Shown one piece after another: positions 1 through 12,332 of a stretch of 64,000 nt of DNA; position 1 is the stretch's first letter; every line of letters begins with the position of its first letter. The notes beneath the pieces were generated by a model, which was not told the origin of the DNA, did no database searches, and saw only the letters and a list, made by a program, of their open reading frames with translations. The DNA comes from Octopus vulgaris. Its lineage: Eukaryota. The translations under genes were made by a program, and so were the position numbers. The stretch lies in assembly GCA_951406725.2 (NCBI GenBank), contig OX597818.1, forward strand, positions 14,012,001-14,076,000. The letters run 5' to 3'.

Positions 1-37
<37 letters not shown>

Positions 38-81
38 CAGAGAGCGCGACATAGAGTGAAAGAGAGTGAGAGAGAGAGAGA
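1..81. repeat. (GA)n microsatellite
   Basis: Imperfect GA dinucleotide run at window start. Confidence 0.95.
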
Positions 82-3000
82 GTATTTATGCATGTATACG
101 ATTGTGTTATCTGGGAAAATGGACGAGAAGGAAACTTTTGCTATATGATAATTGAATTACTTAATATTTCAATCAAAGCAACCTGAAAAGAATAGATTAT
201 GTATTACTGTGCTAAACGTACCGTCTTAGGAAATGATAAAACTGGGCTGTAGACGCTGTGATGGCCATTGTCAGAGATTAAGGTTTAGAATGACATTCCT
301 CACAGGGAAATAGTGAAAAGATGGAATGAACGTTATGATTTCTTCTTAGAAATGATTCTTCTAAAAAATACCGGGAAAACATGATCAGGTTTGTTTTGTG
401 TCCTTAAGTGTATATATGCGTAAAGGGTATGAGTAGAATATTAATGCACAGACGAGACAAGAAAGTTAACCTAAACCTGAATTACACCAAATTGGATAAA
501 TAATTACCTAGAATAGACCCCAAGTGCACACATCAATTAGAAGCGTTCTAACAGGAAATACCTGGTGTAAGATCCAATAGACGGATTGAGCTTTATTATA
601 GTGGGTGGGACACGTCTACTCCGGGTTGTTCCGAATATCAAATCATCCACTGCTACAACCTTAACACTTAAGATCCAAACAGTTATTTATTGTTACATGC
701 TTATTAGTTGGTAAAATTATATTCATTATTTTATCGAGGTTTGATGTTCCAAAATGATTGGTAGGCGAAAAGTCCCTTATACCTCCTATACATTGGTGGT
801 TTGGCTAGGATGTTATATTAACTGTTACGAATGAGTGCAAATGTGACGACAAGGTCAATAACTTTGGTTACACCAAATATTTCAACAGTGATGCTTAATA
901 GCAACAAGGCGAAAGAAGATTACAGTAGATTTAGTTCTAGAAATTGTAATCGGTGGTGATATATTTAAAATAAATGCTTTTTATGCTTTTTATAGTTGCC
1001 CTATTGTAGTTATGCAACATGGCGTTGAAAGGAAAATGAGCAGCATATGACTTTACATGATTATAAAGCTGTGCTGGTAGACTGTTTATAAACAGTAATG
1101 ATTTTGAAATGTTAGTGCAAAAGGAAGAAATATCCTGAGTTCATTGTGGGAAGGAAAAGTAATACAATTAGTACGATACATAGGAATATATATTTTGTTT
1201 TATTTATTATCGCGAAGTGGTTTGTAGTTTATGTTAATCATGATAAATATTTGTTGCAGCTTTTGTACATTGAAACAGGGGCTCACTGTACATTTGCAAG
1301 GGAAAGGTGTTGAGATATCGTTTTGGACACAAGTGTTATGAAGGCAGACGTATATGAGTGATTTCATAGCACATTAGCGAGAGAACTAATTCGAGAACAA
1401 TTAGCTTATTTTAAGTTCCAGAAAATTTGGAAAGACAATTCAATATTGTAATGAAAAGCGTGGGCGTTTCTCTTTAGCAGTTGTCAAATGAGCCGATAAG
1501 AGATGAGATTAATGGACAAGAAGATATTAGGTTTGGAAGGAATAAATATGCCAAAAGTACGAGGAAAGCTGTTTCTGGGGTATACTCAATGCTTCATATG
1601 ATATATATCCAGAATTTCTAATATATTTAAAGAATATGAGACTCGTTTCTCACAGCATAATTTTGTGTTTAATCAGTTTGAGTTTTGCAGATGTTTTCCA
1701 TGTCTCTCACAAAACGATGGTTATATTTTCCCTCACTTTTAAAATTCAAGCATTTACATGCCTAACTACTTTAAGTATGTTAGCCTACGTTTACGTATAT
1801 TTCATTAACAAGCACAATTGTTAAAGCCAGGCAGTTTTCAAAGTGTTAAATTTAATACATACTTCAACAAAGGTACTTAACAAGTATTATTCCACCTATC
1901 TCTCTGTTATTTTACATTTCCCGATCGACGCATGATTTTGAATTAATGCTTTATGTCATAGGCCACACTAGAAAAGTTATACATGGAATTAATAGCAGTG
2001 CACATCATGTCTCAGTTGTAAAACTATCGGTAAATTTGCATTATTGAGGTAGAATTGCTGATATGAATACTGGCAACACTGTCCATTATTAGAATCGACA
2101 GCAATAATAGATATTTCTTTGTAGCTTGATAATTACGCCTTGGAAATTATGTGGCGTAAGCATTATACCATGTTTAAAGATTCCATGCAATGTTTACGTC
2201 CTGTTACGTGAACATAAATAAATGAAGTTGCACAAATAATTGAATTTGGACTATAGCAAGGAAGTTGTGCAAATTAGAGAGCGATCTTAACACTAAATTT
2301 CTTCCTTTTATTTTCCGTATGTACAGAGCAGCGGCAATGATATTAAGTTCCTCCGACAGATTTTATAAACATGTATTCAAAAGTGTAGTTATATTTGTCT
2401 AAATGCTTGTGTATTAGCTAATATAGTTTATCGAAGATAATTACACTGAAACTATTAATGTTGTCCAATATGATGGTGCTGTAAAGTTATAATATTTATG
2501 TCATAATATTTTAAAAGAAATGCGTAAAATACGTTTCACTGGATCATGCACAGAAGCAACGGTGAATTGAAATTATAAAACGTACATAATAATGTAAATG
2601 AGTGCTTCCATTGAAAAGAATCTCATTTAATTTCTTTAATGGGTACTAATAAGCCCTTAACATCTAGAATACTTAATGGACACATAAATTACATTCTTTC
2701 CTGTCTCCTTGATATTTCGGGATGCTCCATTTCTAAATACATTGGTCTGCAAGCAAAAAGTTGTTTCACATTTATTTGGTGAAATGGATCAATTCTTACC
2801 TGATTATTAAAAACAGTACAAAGAAAATATAACGCACAGTTTCATCAGAAAAACCTAACATTGCATTATGCCCGAATTTGATTATTGTTAATTACTATAC
2901 TATTAATTGTCATATTGAAATAGAATATATCAGTAGAACTAATAAGCGTAAGTTGGAAGCATAAGCATCTGGCAACGTTTAAACTGCTTCAGCTACACAG

Positions 3001-3184
3001 ACAGAAGCCTGCATCATTGTAGTTTCAGTCATCCCCAAGGAGTGAGGAGAGAAAGACTCGTTTTACAATGTCCCGTTGAAGCGTATCCGTATCTTTTTTA
3101 TATCAGTAAATTTCCAGGACTTTTTTTATCAATGTATATATATGCAACACGCATTGTTTTATTATCTAATATATGACATTTTGT

Positions 3185-3499
3185 GGAGGCGCAATGGTCC
3201 AGTGGTTATTTTAGCGGGCTCGTGGTCGGAGGATCGCGGTTTCGATTCCTAGACCAGGCGCTGTGTGTGTTCATTGAGCGAAAACACCTAAAACTCCACA
3301 AAGCTCCGACAGGAGATTGTGGCGACCTATGTTGTACTCTTTCGCTCCAACTTTCTCTCACTCTTTCTTCCTATTTCTTGGGTAATGCTGTAATGGACTG
3401 GCGTTCCGTCCAGCTGGGTGGGGGGGAACACATACGCCACAGAAACCGGGAAACCGGGCCCATGAGCCTGGCTAGGCTTGAAAAGGGCGCATAAAAATA
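3185..3499 (+). mobile_element. tRNA-derived SINE with V-SINE-like 3' segment
   Basis: GC-rich island. tRNA-like head (GGCGCAATGGTCCAGTGGT ... GGTTTCGATTCC), internal ATGGACTGGCGTTCCGTCCAG motif and A-rich tail. ATATGACAT at 3171-3179 and 3500-3508 is a possible TSD. Confidence 0.8.
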
Positions 3500-3619
3500 A
3501 TATGACATATTAATGCTTCTATAAGGATGTAATGCATATATTTAGATGATAAACCAAATATAAGCTGTTAAAAAAATCTTTTTTCTTTAGAGGCTTCCAG
3601 ATCATTTAAAGTAAGGTTG

Positions 3620-4400
3620 TCTTCTAGAAGATGTGCATCAAGCCCGAATATTTATTGTTACATATGCGACTAAGAAACGTCAGGGAAACATCATGAGTGT
3701 ATTTGTCAAAAATACACTTTGTCAAAAAACTCTTCCTGTGTTTATTTTGGTGTGAAATTCGGAAACAATGAGGGGAAGCAATTTTCACACAAGGTCTGAA
3801 TAAAATATATAATGAAGTTATTTCGGTTTGCAGTTCCAATGATATTCAGAGTGCCAAAAATTACGGTGATGACTGCTACTTTTATTCATGTAAAATCGAT
3901 GAGTGGAAAAAACATTGTTTATCCAAATTTCCCAATCCGCATTGGGACGTATTACCTATAGAGCAGACGCTCCAGTCCCGTCACCACTAGGAGACCTTGA
4001 AGACATACGCTTGGGTTCTATGTCAGGAGGTAGAAATAACAATAAAGATGAAGAACCTCAACTACACAACCTGTGTAAATTAAAGGATTTAGTGAGGGAC
4101 TTAGGGTTTACAAAAGAATCAGCAGTGTTTTTATGTTGCAAAATTAAATCCAAGCTCCTTTAGCTCCTCACACATCATTCTAATCGTAAAATAACCGAGA
4201 AACAGAATTTGTTCCTTAGTTCACTCAAGGAAATCAAGTGGCTTATTGTATAGATCCATCGAAAATAATACTAATAGGAACGTTTGGCATAATTCAGAGT
4301 CCTAATAAATGGAGACTCTACTGACTCATCAAAAAGAAGTTTTAAATCTGACAATGTCAATATGATGCCCGACAATTACTGATGCTATATCGTGAATATC
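3620..4400 (+). mobile_element. Decayed, internally deleted DNA transposase (Chapaev-3/CMC-like)
   Basis: Broken frames give SSRRCASSPNIYCYIC, KNYGDDCYF, LKDLVRDLGFTKESA, WRL..DSSKRSFK and MMPD. The order matches the FCYICG / DCYFC / LNDLVRDL / LFIDSSKRSLK / MMADYCW transposase family. Superfamily name is from memory. Confidence 0.6.
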
Positions 4401-5197
4401 CATCAAATGCTTGCAAGTAGAAGTGTTTCCAAGAGAAAAATTAATGATTTGAGGTACCTAACCAACAAACTTTAATAGAACATATGTAAACATCTATTTT
4501 TCAACTTTCTGTTGCATTTCTGCCATTATATGTTGATAAATAATGTACCAAATTCATATTTATTTCATTTCACCGTACAATGTGGATTTACCGACAAATA
4601 AAGTTATATCTTGTCATCAGATATTGAAAAGCCTTAAGTAATGAGAAAGAGCGATATCTATATTTGGGATTTGCACCACAAAAACATATAAAGTAACATA
4701 CAGTTACCGAAACTATTTTCTGAAGCTTCTATTTAGCAGACGAGTGTAGTAATCAATATCTTTATATATGAAATCAAGTGTAAGAATTCCAAGAAAGGCT
4801 GAGTATCCAAACTGAGGTTTACCGAAGGCATAACGTTGAATATAAGATGGTTTCTTTAACAAATGTTGTGGATTTATGTAATATCCACATGCATTATGTG
4901 ACAGAATGTATTTTTTTAAATACCATTTTAAAATATTCTTAACATTGCGATAATTATATACTACTCGATTCTGATATAATCTTATGTGGCATTGCAATAT
5001 TACATTGGAGTTTCTAAACGACTGTACAAATGATTATTTGAAATATCACTGATACGATAGGTCTTTAAAATTCTTTTTACTCAGCTCATCTGTTATCCAC
5101 AGACACATGCACGTATATAACTTATGGTTACGTAAAATACATACCACATGTATGTGTGTATTACATGTATGTGTTCATATATATGTGTGTGTGTGTG

Positions 5198-5512
5198 TGA
5201 AGCTGGGAGGCTTAGTGGTTGGGGTATTCTACTTATATTCGTGAGGTCGTGAGTTCAAATCCCGGCGACACGTTGTGTCCTTGAAAAAGATACTTTTTTT
5301 CACGTTGCTCCAGTCCAATCAGTTGGCAAAAATGGGTAGTACCTGTATTGAGAAGGGCCAGTCCTGTCACACGTTGTGTCATGCTGAATCTAACTGAGAA
5401 CTACGTCAAGGGTACATGTGTCTGTGGAATGATCAGCATATTAGTTTCACCAGCAGGCTATTCCGTTGATCGGGTCAACTGGGATTCTCATCGTAGCCCA
5501 GGAATTGACAGT
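5198..5512 (+). mobile_element. tRNA-derived SINE
   Basis: A-box-like GGCTTAGTGG and B-box GAGTTCAAATCC, then TGTGTCCTTGA...TTGCTCCAGTC. This segment is shared with the SINE at 16719-17068. Confidence 0.75.
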
Positions 5513-5617
5513 TTTGTATATATAAATATATATTATCGTCTGTATGTATATGTATATATATATAATTATTATTTTTAAATCTTTGAACAAGAAAAAAATT
5601 AAGTAATACTGTTATTC

Positions 5618-5659
5618 TGTGCTGATGAAGAGAAATAACCAAGAAACCATTGGTACACA
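5618..5659 (+). ncRNA. Type I hammerhead ribozyme-like motif (stem II decayed)
   Basis: TGTG-CTGATGA-(14 nt)-GAAA-CCATTGG-TA-CACA. Stem I TGTG/CACA, stem III ACCA/TGGT, GUA triplet. Stem II does not pair. Confidence 0.5.
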
Positions 5660-5700
5660 CATATAAGGACGCAGATAATGCATTGATAGCCAGCTGGAGA

Positions 5701-5745
<45 letters not shown>

Positions 5746-5747
<2 letters not shown>

Positions 5748-5924
5748 GTATTTTAACGTGTATAAGGAACCACTTCTTTGTCAAAACTTAGGTAGAAAAA
5801 ATATGGGAGTTTCTTCTGTATGGATAGTATTATAATACCTTACAAAACATTTTTCCATATTATAAGCCCCCAAAATTATGAGGTTCCTTATACACGAGGG
5901 TTCTTTATACACCTTAAAATACAC
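5746..5924. mobile_element. Tc2/pogo-type MITE
   Basis: Imperfect 26-bp TIRs CCGTATTTTAACGTGTATAAGGAACC / GGTTCTTTATACACCTTAAAATACAC, TA on both sides, about 180 bp, non-coding. Confidence 0.75.
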
Positions 5925-6503
5925 TATATATGTAAAGAGCTTTTGAAGTAATGTACATATATTGTATATGGAGAATAACATGGTAGTCAGAATGGCTAAT
6001 GATGAAATATATATTTATTTACATTTTTAGCGCTTTCTTCCCTTATCGGATTTATCAAAAAAGTGATTGTCAGTCAGTTTTCTTCGCCTTTTTTATGTAA
6101 AATTGAAACTGATGACGTTTTGAAAAGGGGGAGAGAGACGGGGAGAGGGAGAGAGAGGGAAAATTAGCAAAGAACTTGTAGGGGTGAGAGAGGAGGAGAG
6201 AGTGTGGGTGTTAGTGAAGATAGAGAAGAGTAAAGAAAGTAGAAATAGTGCGTTTTGTGAGTTTGTGAAAGAAGAGTAAAGAAAGAATATAAATGTTTGA
6301 AGCGGAGGGGGAAGGTAAAGGAGGCGTGGCTAGTGTATCAGTGTGTTCAGACATGTTTGTTGTTTTCGCCCACTTTCTGACCTTTTGGACGGTGAATAAA
6401 AGGAACTTTTGTATACAAGTGGTCAAAGATTTTTTTTATTTCCTCTAGTAAGTATTATATTTCAATGTCTTGTTTTATAATTCTTTTGCATTCATTAATG
6501 TAT

Positions 6504-7110
6504 AAATTTGTAATTAATAGCTAAATAATGTTATTTGCGTGCGGACTAATTATGTTACTGCTGTTGATATTAATGATACAGATGATATTAACAGTAGTGA
6601 CATCCTATTTCATATCTTAGTGTTTGAATGTTTTGCTTATAATTTTTCTGCACTGTGTGCTCTGTTTTTGGCGTAAAACAAAACCAGTTGCACTGTCGGA
6701 GCTTAACGTGACGGTCTTCAATGTTTACTAGGTACTTCACACTGAAGAGGCTCAAGGATTAAATATCCGAAAGCCGAAAGCCGGGTATGCGGATGTGCTA
6801 AACTACATAATATTATATTTTGTGCTTTTGAATATATTATTTCCGTTTCCTCGCCTGTTATTTTTCTCTGTAATCTTGGTGCTGTACGGTGTTTTAATTG
6901 AAACTTTAGCTGTTATTTCTAGCAGGTGTATGCCATTAATCATTATTAAGCTTCGAGCAAATTTGTAAGTAATAGCTAAATAATGGTATTTGCCTGCGAA
7001 CCACCTATGTTACTGCTGTTGATACCACCGATTTTAAACTTTATCAACAGATGATATTAAAAGTAGTGACATTTTATTTCAAATCTTACTGTTTGAATGT
7101 TTTGCTTATA
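6504..7110 (+). mobile_element. PLE pseudo-LTR-like partial tandem repeat containing an HHR-like motif
   Basis: Diverged direct repeats at 6504-6641 and 6959-7110 (period about 455 bp) enclosing an HHR-like motif. Ends in (TA)n. Confidence 0.55.
6738..6791 (+). ncRNA. Type I hammerhead ribozyme-like motif (degenerate)
   Basis: CACA-CTGAAGA-GGCT...AGCC-GAAA-GCCGGG-TA-TGCG. Stem II GGCT/AGCC. Stem III is one change from the palindrome ACCCGGGT. Confidence 0.55.
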
Positions 7111-7117
7111 TATATAA

Positions 7118-7185
<68 letters not shown>

Positions 7186-8097
7186 CAGGGATTGGACAAA
7201 ATAATGGAAACAGCTAGAATTATAGCATCAACATTTTGAAATATCAAAGCTTGTTTATTTTTATGATTTTTTTATTTATTGCTAGTAATGTTCAACATGT
7301 GTTGCTAAACTTCCTGTTTCTTTTCACATATCATCAGAAAAATGTGATTAAAATTCATTAAAATGTCATATCTATCGGACTTTCGAAGAGGTCAAATTGT
7401 TGCTGCTCGTATGGTAGGCGCGGACGTAACGAAAACAGCCGAAATGTTTGGTGTATCAAGAAGTACTTTTCCCTTCTATGTAAGCCATTTATGGCCAATA
7501 TAATGAATAAAAAAAGTACTTTCTCCAACGTAATGACGGTCTTTGAAAAATTGGGAAAAACCTCCTCGTCGAAACAAAACTCCGGACGAAAACCAACATT
7601 TTTAGATAGAGACTGTTGGACTCTTGCGCGAATTGTTAGAAAGTACAGCTCACAAAATTACTGCAGAGCTTATTGACCACTTCAAGAACCCAGTTTCCAC
7701 AAAAAATGGTCGCCGGGAGTTGCACAAATCCGGATTTCGCGGGAGTGCTGCAATCAGAAAAACATTACTTTCAAAATCAAACGTTACAAAGCGTTTAGAG
7801 TGGAGTACAAACCTACAGAATTGGTCCCTAGAGAAGTGGAAGAATGTTATTTTCTCGGACAAGTCATCCTTTACCTTATTTCCCATCACCGGCCGAGGAT
7901 GCGTATGGAGACAGCCAAAAGAAACATGTTACCCAGACTGCCTTCTTCAAACTCTTAAAGACGGAGAAGAATCTGTGATAATCTGGGTGGGGAGGCTATA
8001 TCTTGGAAATCCGCCGAGCTAATGGTTTCCCTTCATGGCAGACTTAATAGTCGAGACTATTTAAGCATTTTATCTGATCAAATTCATCCTATAGCTG
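7186..8097 (+). mobile_element. Tc1-family transposon, 3'-truncated, transposase pseudogene from 7363
   Basis: TA + TIR CAGGGATTGGACAAAATAATGGAAAC. MSYLSDFRRGQIVAARMVG HTH start, SGRKP, and WKNVIFSDKSSF (first catalytic D region). Frameshifted. Same family as 52412-53631. Confidence 0.92.
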
Positions 8098-9240
8098 CTA
8101 ATTTTTCACACATTGGTTGAGTGAAATTTTTCTCGCAGCATATGAAACATGTCTGTGCGTGCATGATTTGTGTGATTGTGTGTATAGATGTGTATATATA
8201 CGGCCGAGTTACACTAACATATGCATCTAATTAAACATAACTCAAGGAGATTGATGATGCTATTTCATTTTGTCATGTATGTGAAGCTATTTTTAATTGT
8301 TTTGTCTTTTAACCTCTTGAAACAAGTTTTTGGATACACGTTTACATGTTTGTGTGGTCTACGACTATTTGTTTTCAAATCCCGGAATGCCATGTCAGCA
8401 AATCGTAGATTCTCCTTTCTTATATCACGTCACCTATGTGTCAAATTCCCTAAAACTAGCGTTACAATATTGAGCAATATCATGTAGGTTTAATTTTCTC
8501 TATCCTCTATAACGCTCAATTTTTTCTCTAGTTTATTCATAAGTAATATTATTGTCTTGAAAATATATGTTTTATATCAACATCTTTATTTTTCTTATAT
8601 ACTTTATTTTTGTTATATACCATAGATGCAATACAAAATGCTTGTCTATCAATCAAAGTGCGTAAGCCTTAATGAAATGCTGCTCTGATATAATCAAAAA
8701 AATGCGTAACTTTTCGTATGATAGCTTTTACATAAAATGATACCAGAACCAAAGCTGTGTACAAAAAATTGCAACTAATAATATTTATTTAACCACTTGT
8801 CATTCACAGGATTACGGCCGAGTTGAAGATTTGCTGTACCCATAATGTTTTGGTAATCTGATGAGCTCGTTTTCTTTATTTGCATTGATTTGTTAATATA
8901 GAACTGTATTGTATAATGAGTAGCTTGCATATTAATGCAGACATGTTACCATAATTTCATATAGACTGAAATTATAACTACATTAAACAGACTACGAAAA
9001 GGCCGTTGTCTTAAACGTGCCAAGTGGTTAAACAACTATATTCACTTCTAATACCTCCTGAGATTTTATGGTCGATATAATCCTCATGAAATGGTGTTAT
9101 CCATCAGACTGCCTGGACTTCAATTACATGGAAGTTTATATTATACTACACTGTACTGTATGAATAGGTCTGTTATCCGAGTTCGGTAGAGGAGCATACT
9201 GTGATAGCCACACGATTTTATGAATCGATATATTACACTG

Positions 9241-9279
<39 letters not shown>

Positions 9280-9454
9280 ATGTGTGTGTGTGTGTGTGTG
9301 TGTATGTGTGTGTGTGTGTGTGTGCGTAGACATATATAGCAGTACTTTAGAAATTAAGCAAATGTGCGAGGAAGAGATTGAGATAAATGCAATTTACTTG
9401 CACACGCACAAACACACTCACATATATATATATGTATGCATATCTGTTGTTATT

Positions 9455-9640
9455 TATTCCTTTGAATCATTACACCGAGATCATGCTGGGAGACAGCTTT
9501 CAAGAGCTTAGTCAAACAAAACAACCACAGTATTTAAACTTAAACCTGTACTATCAGACTCTGTCGCACAGGTATGTTTACGACTTAGACAAACCGACAC
9601 TGGTTGTAAAAAGTTAGTGGGGAGATAAACATAAACACAA
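9455..9640 (-). mobile_element. Decayed SINE 3' half
   Basis: Diverged match to the reverse complement of the SINE 3' part at 17120-17316 (CATGCTGG..CAGCTTT, ACACTGGTTGT..GTGGGG). Confidence 0.5.
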
Positions 9641-12031
9641 ACGCACACGTATGTTTAGATATATATTTACGACCACATACATGTATGTAATTATATATAT
9701 ATATATCCATATACATAAAAACACCCGCTCGCTAATATCTACATATACACACACACAATACATGCATGTGTGTGCGTGTGTTTGTATCTGTGTGTATATC
9801 TATACTAACACGAATTGAGCAGTTGATTAAATGGCCAGCAAACTTGGAATATCCGTCATGTTATAATCAAGAGTTATAAGAGGTCCGTACAAGTATATAA
9901 GGGATCGGCATCTCATTAGATGACACAATACAGTAACTTGCAACTTAGAGCACAAATGATGACATACAACTAGAGGGAAACTATATGGGTGAACAATATA
10001 TAGTGCTACATCCCGACATAAAAGGTAATGGGATCTGTGGCTTTTAAATATCCTTGAAATTATATTCTATGGTCATGTATAAAAGTTTTATGAGTAAATG
10101 CTTGCACCTTTTGATACTAACGTCCTGTGGAAGGAGATAATTAAGGCCGTAATACCTGTGATAACGGGAGTACTTGCTCATTTCAAAAGATAAATAACAA
10201 TGCAAATGAAATATAACTTTTTATGAAGCCAGTCACCTATCGTTAGAAACTCTAGTTGATAAATTTCATAACGAGTTGATTTATTTATTTTTATGTCAGA
10301 GATTTGCTGGAGGGTTCACCCCGAAGTATTTCTCAGAAATTACATGCTATTTTCCTTTGACTGCGATGGCAAGCACAATTACGACAGCTCAGCATACTGG
10401 ATTAGATATTTTATAGATATCTTCGTGGAAAATATATTCCACGATCACGTTATTCTGATAGGTATCCCCCACATGACACTGAGGCATTAATTTCACAAGA
10501 AAATATATAAATATTTCCATCAAATCTATCAATATTATACACTTAAATATATCTTTTTGCTGTTGTTTTCAATAAGAGATTCACAACTCATATTTTCACG
10601 CACGTGCACCTATCAAGTCACAAATATATACAAAAAGTATATGTGGACAACACATACGCCAGTGTGTGGCTGATTTAGAGATATACCTCATATCGATTAA
10701 CTTTTGATATGCGTCACCAAATATTTAAACCAATATATACGTATTATATCAAGATTAATTATTCATATAAAAATACATTCAATTATGATTGTCGATATTA
10801 ATGTTAGAAATTTGTTTCGAAAATGCGGAAAAATGTGCTATTATTTTACTATGTTTATAAGATAAAATCATAGAGCAAGATAATATGAAAATTAATAATT
10901 ACGATTCAATGTTTTTAAGCCATTTTCTTCACACCGTATCCTGTTTTCTATAATTTAATTTCTATATATTGTTTACCAAGAATGGCAAAAAGACAATCGA
11001 ATATAATAAAATCAGGTTTAAAAATCGTCGATAAAGCGTATCTATTGAATATTCAGAATATTTTATACAGTATTTTATAGCATTTTGTACGAAATAAATA
11101 GTGTGATTATAACATCGTCATTTAATCTATTTGTATAACTTTTCTTTAAAATTTTGCTTACATCGTCATCTAAATAAAACCATTTTGAATGTAGGCAAGT
11201 CTTCTGTATTTCATAATTTTTAATTTAAATTAATAGATACCAGTAAAATAATGAGCCGAATTTATTGAATCCACCCTTTTAGAAATGTTTGTCCGATACG
11301 AACTTAACACTTCTTTATAAAACATTTGCCACTAGTTACTTAATTAACGTTTTTATTCGTATTACTTAATTTAATTTATCATCTACAGCCTTGTATTATT
11401 TTACGGAATTAACGTGCGGTTCTTGCAAAAATACCTTTCAATATTTTTCGACATCTAATTCCTGCTAAACTTAGATTGTATAAGGTGTTAGTCAGCAAAA
11501 TACTTTTATATTTTCCATACATGTATTTTCTCATATACATGCAACATTTCCGTAACACAGAATTGTCCATCAATAACAATGTCATTTATTCCTGAAAGTA
11601 TTTCGACAAACATCTATAAAAACTGGAAAAAATATGGTCACATATTAAAATAGGAATTTCGTTAATGTTTTCTTTTTAAATTTAAAATGAACTCAGATTA
11701 GAAAGTGAAGTATATCCTATGCATTTTCACTACAAAGTATTAAAAAATAAATAAAAATCATACGTGGTCGATAATGTACGAGTTTTGAGATACTGAGGGA
11801 AAATATTTATTATTCTCTTGGTTCTTGATAATATTTGAAATTTTCGCAAACTGTGCATCACTAAATACATATTGAACTTTAATATACGAATTCTTATAAA
11901 TTCAATATTTACCATTTATTTTCATCAATTCGCACTCGATTTATATATACGCATTTATCTATATGTGTATGTAGATGCATGTATATGTGTGTATATATAT
12001 ATTTATAATGGTTACTAAGGAGAAGAGACGC

Positions 12032-12286
12032 TAAGGCAAGGCAAACATCTCAAGTGATATACATTATTATTATTGGAAAATTTTTTCCGATAATAATAAA
12101 ATATGTGACTTGATATGTCTGCCTTACCTTAACGTTTGTTACCTTCTTTAACAATTATATATCCGCTGCATCGGAAATTTGCAATGGCTCCATAAATACC
12201 GTCTCGGCTATAAGCTTGGAGCCCTAGTAATCCATTACAGCACTTACCTACTCGTTTAGATCGCCTGTGAAATAAACGCCCATATG

Positions 12287-12288
<2 letters not shown>
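12032..12288 (+). mobile_element. Dispersed repeat with 5' inverted duplication (PLE pLTR-like)
   Basis: 12083-12288 is homologous to 22165-22367. 12032-12080 is the reverse complement of its first about 50 bp. Confidence 0.6.

Positions 12289-12332
<44 letters not shown>

Noticed and set aside
100-1640. Possible decayed LTR-retrotransposon pol
   Set aside because: Purine-biased and coding-like, but no RT, RNase H or integrase motif could be read.
3185-3260. tRNA genes at SINE heads (also 5198, 16573, 24723, 42364, 62707)
   Set aside because: A/B-box-like motifs run into SINE bodies and do not close a cloverleaf.
8858-8875. CTGATGAG hammerhead half-core (also near 23901)
   Set aside because: No properly placed GAAA-stem III-UH or stem I partner.
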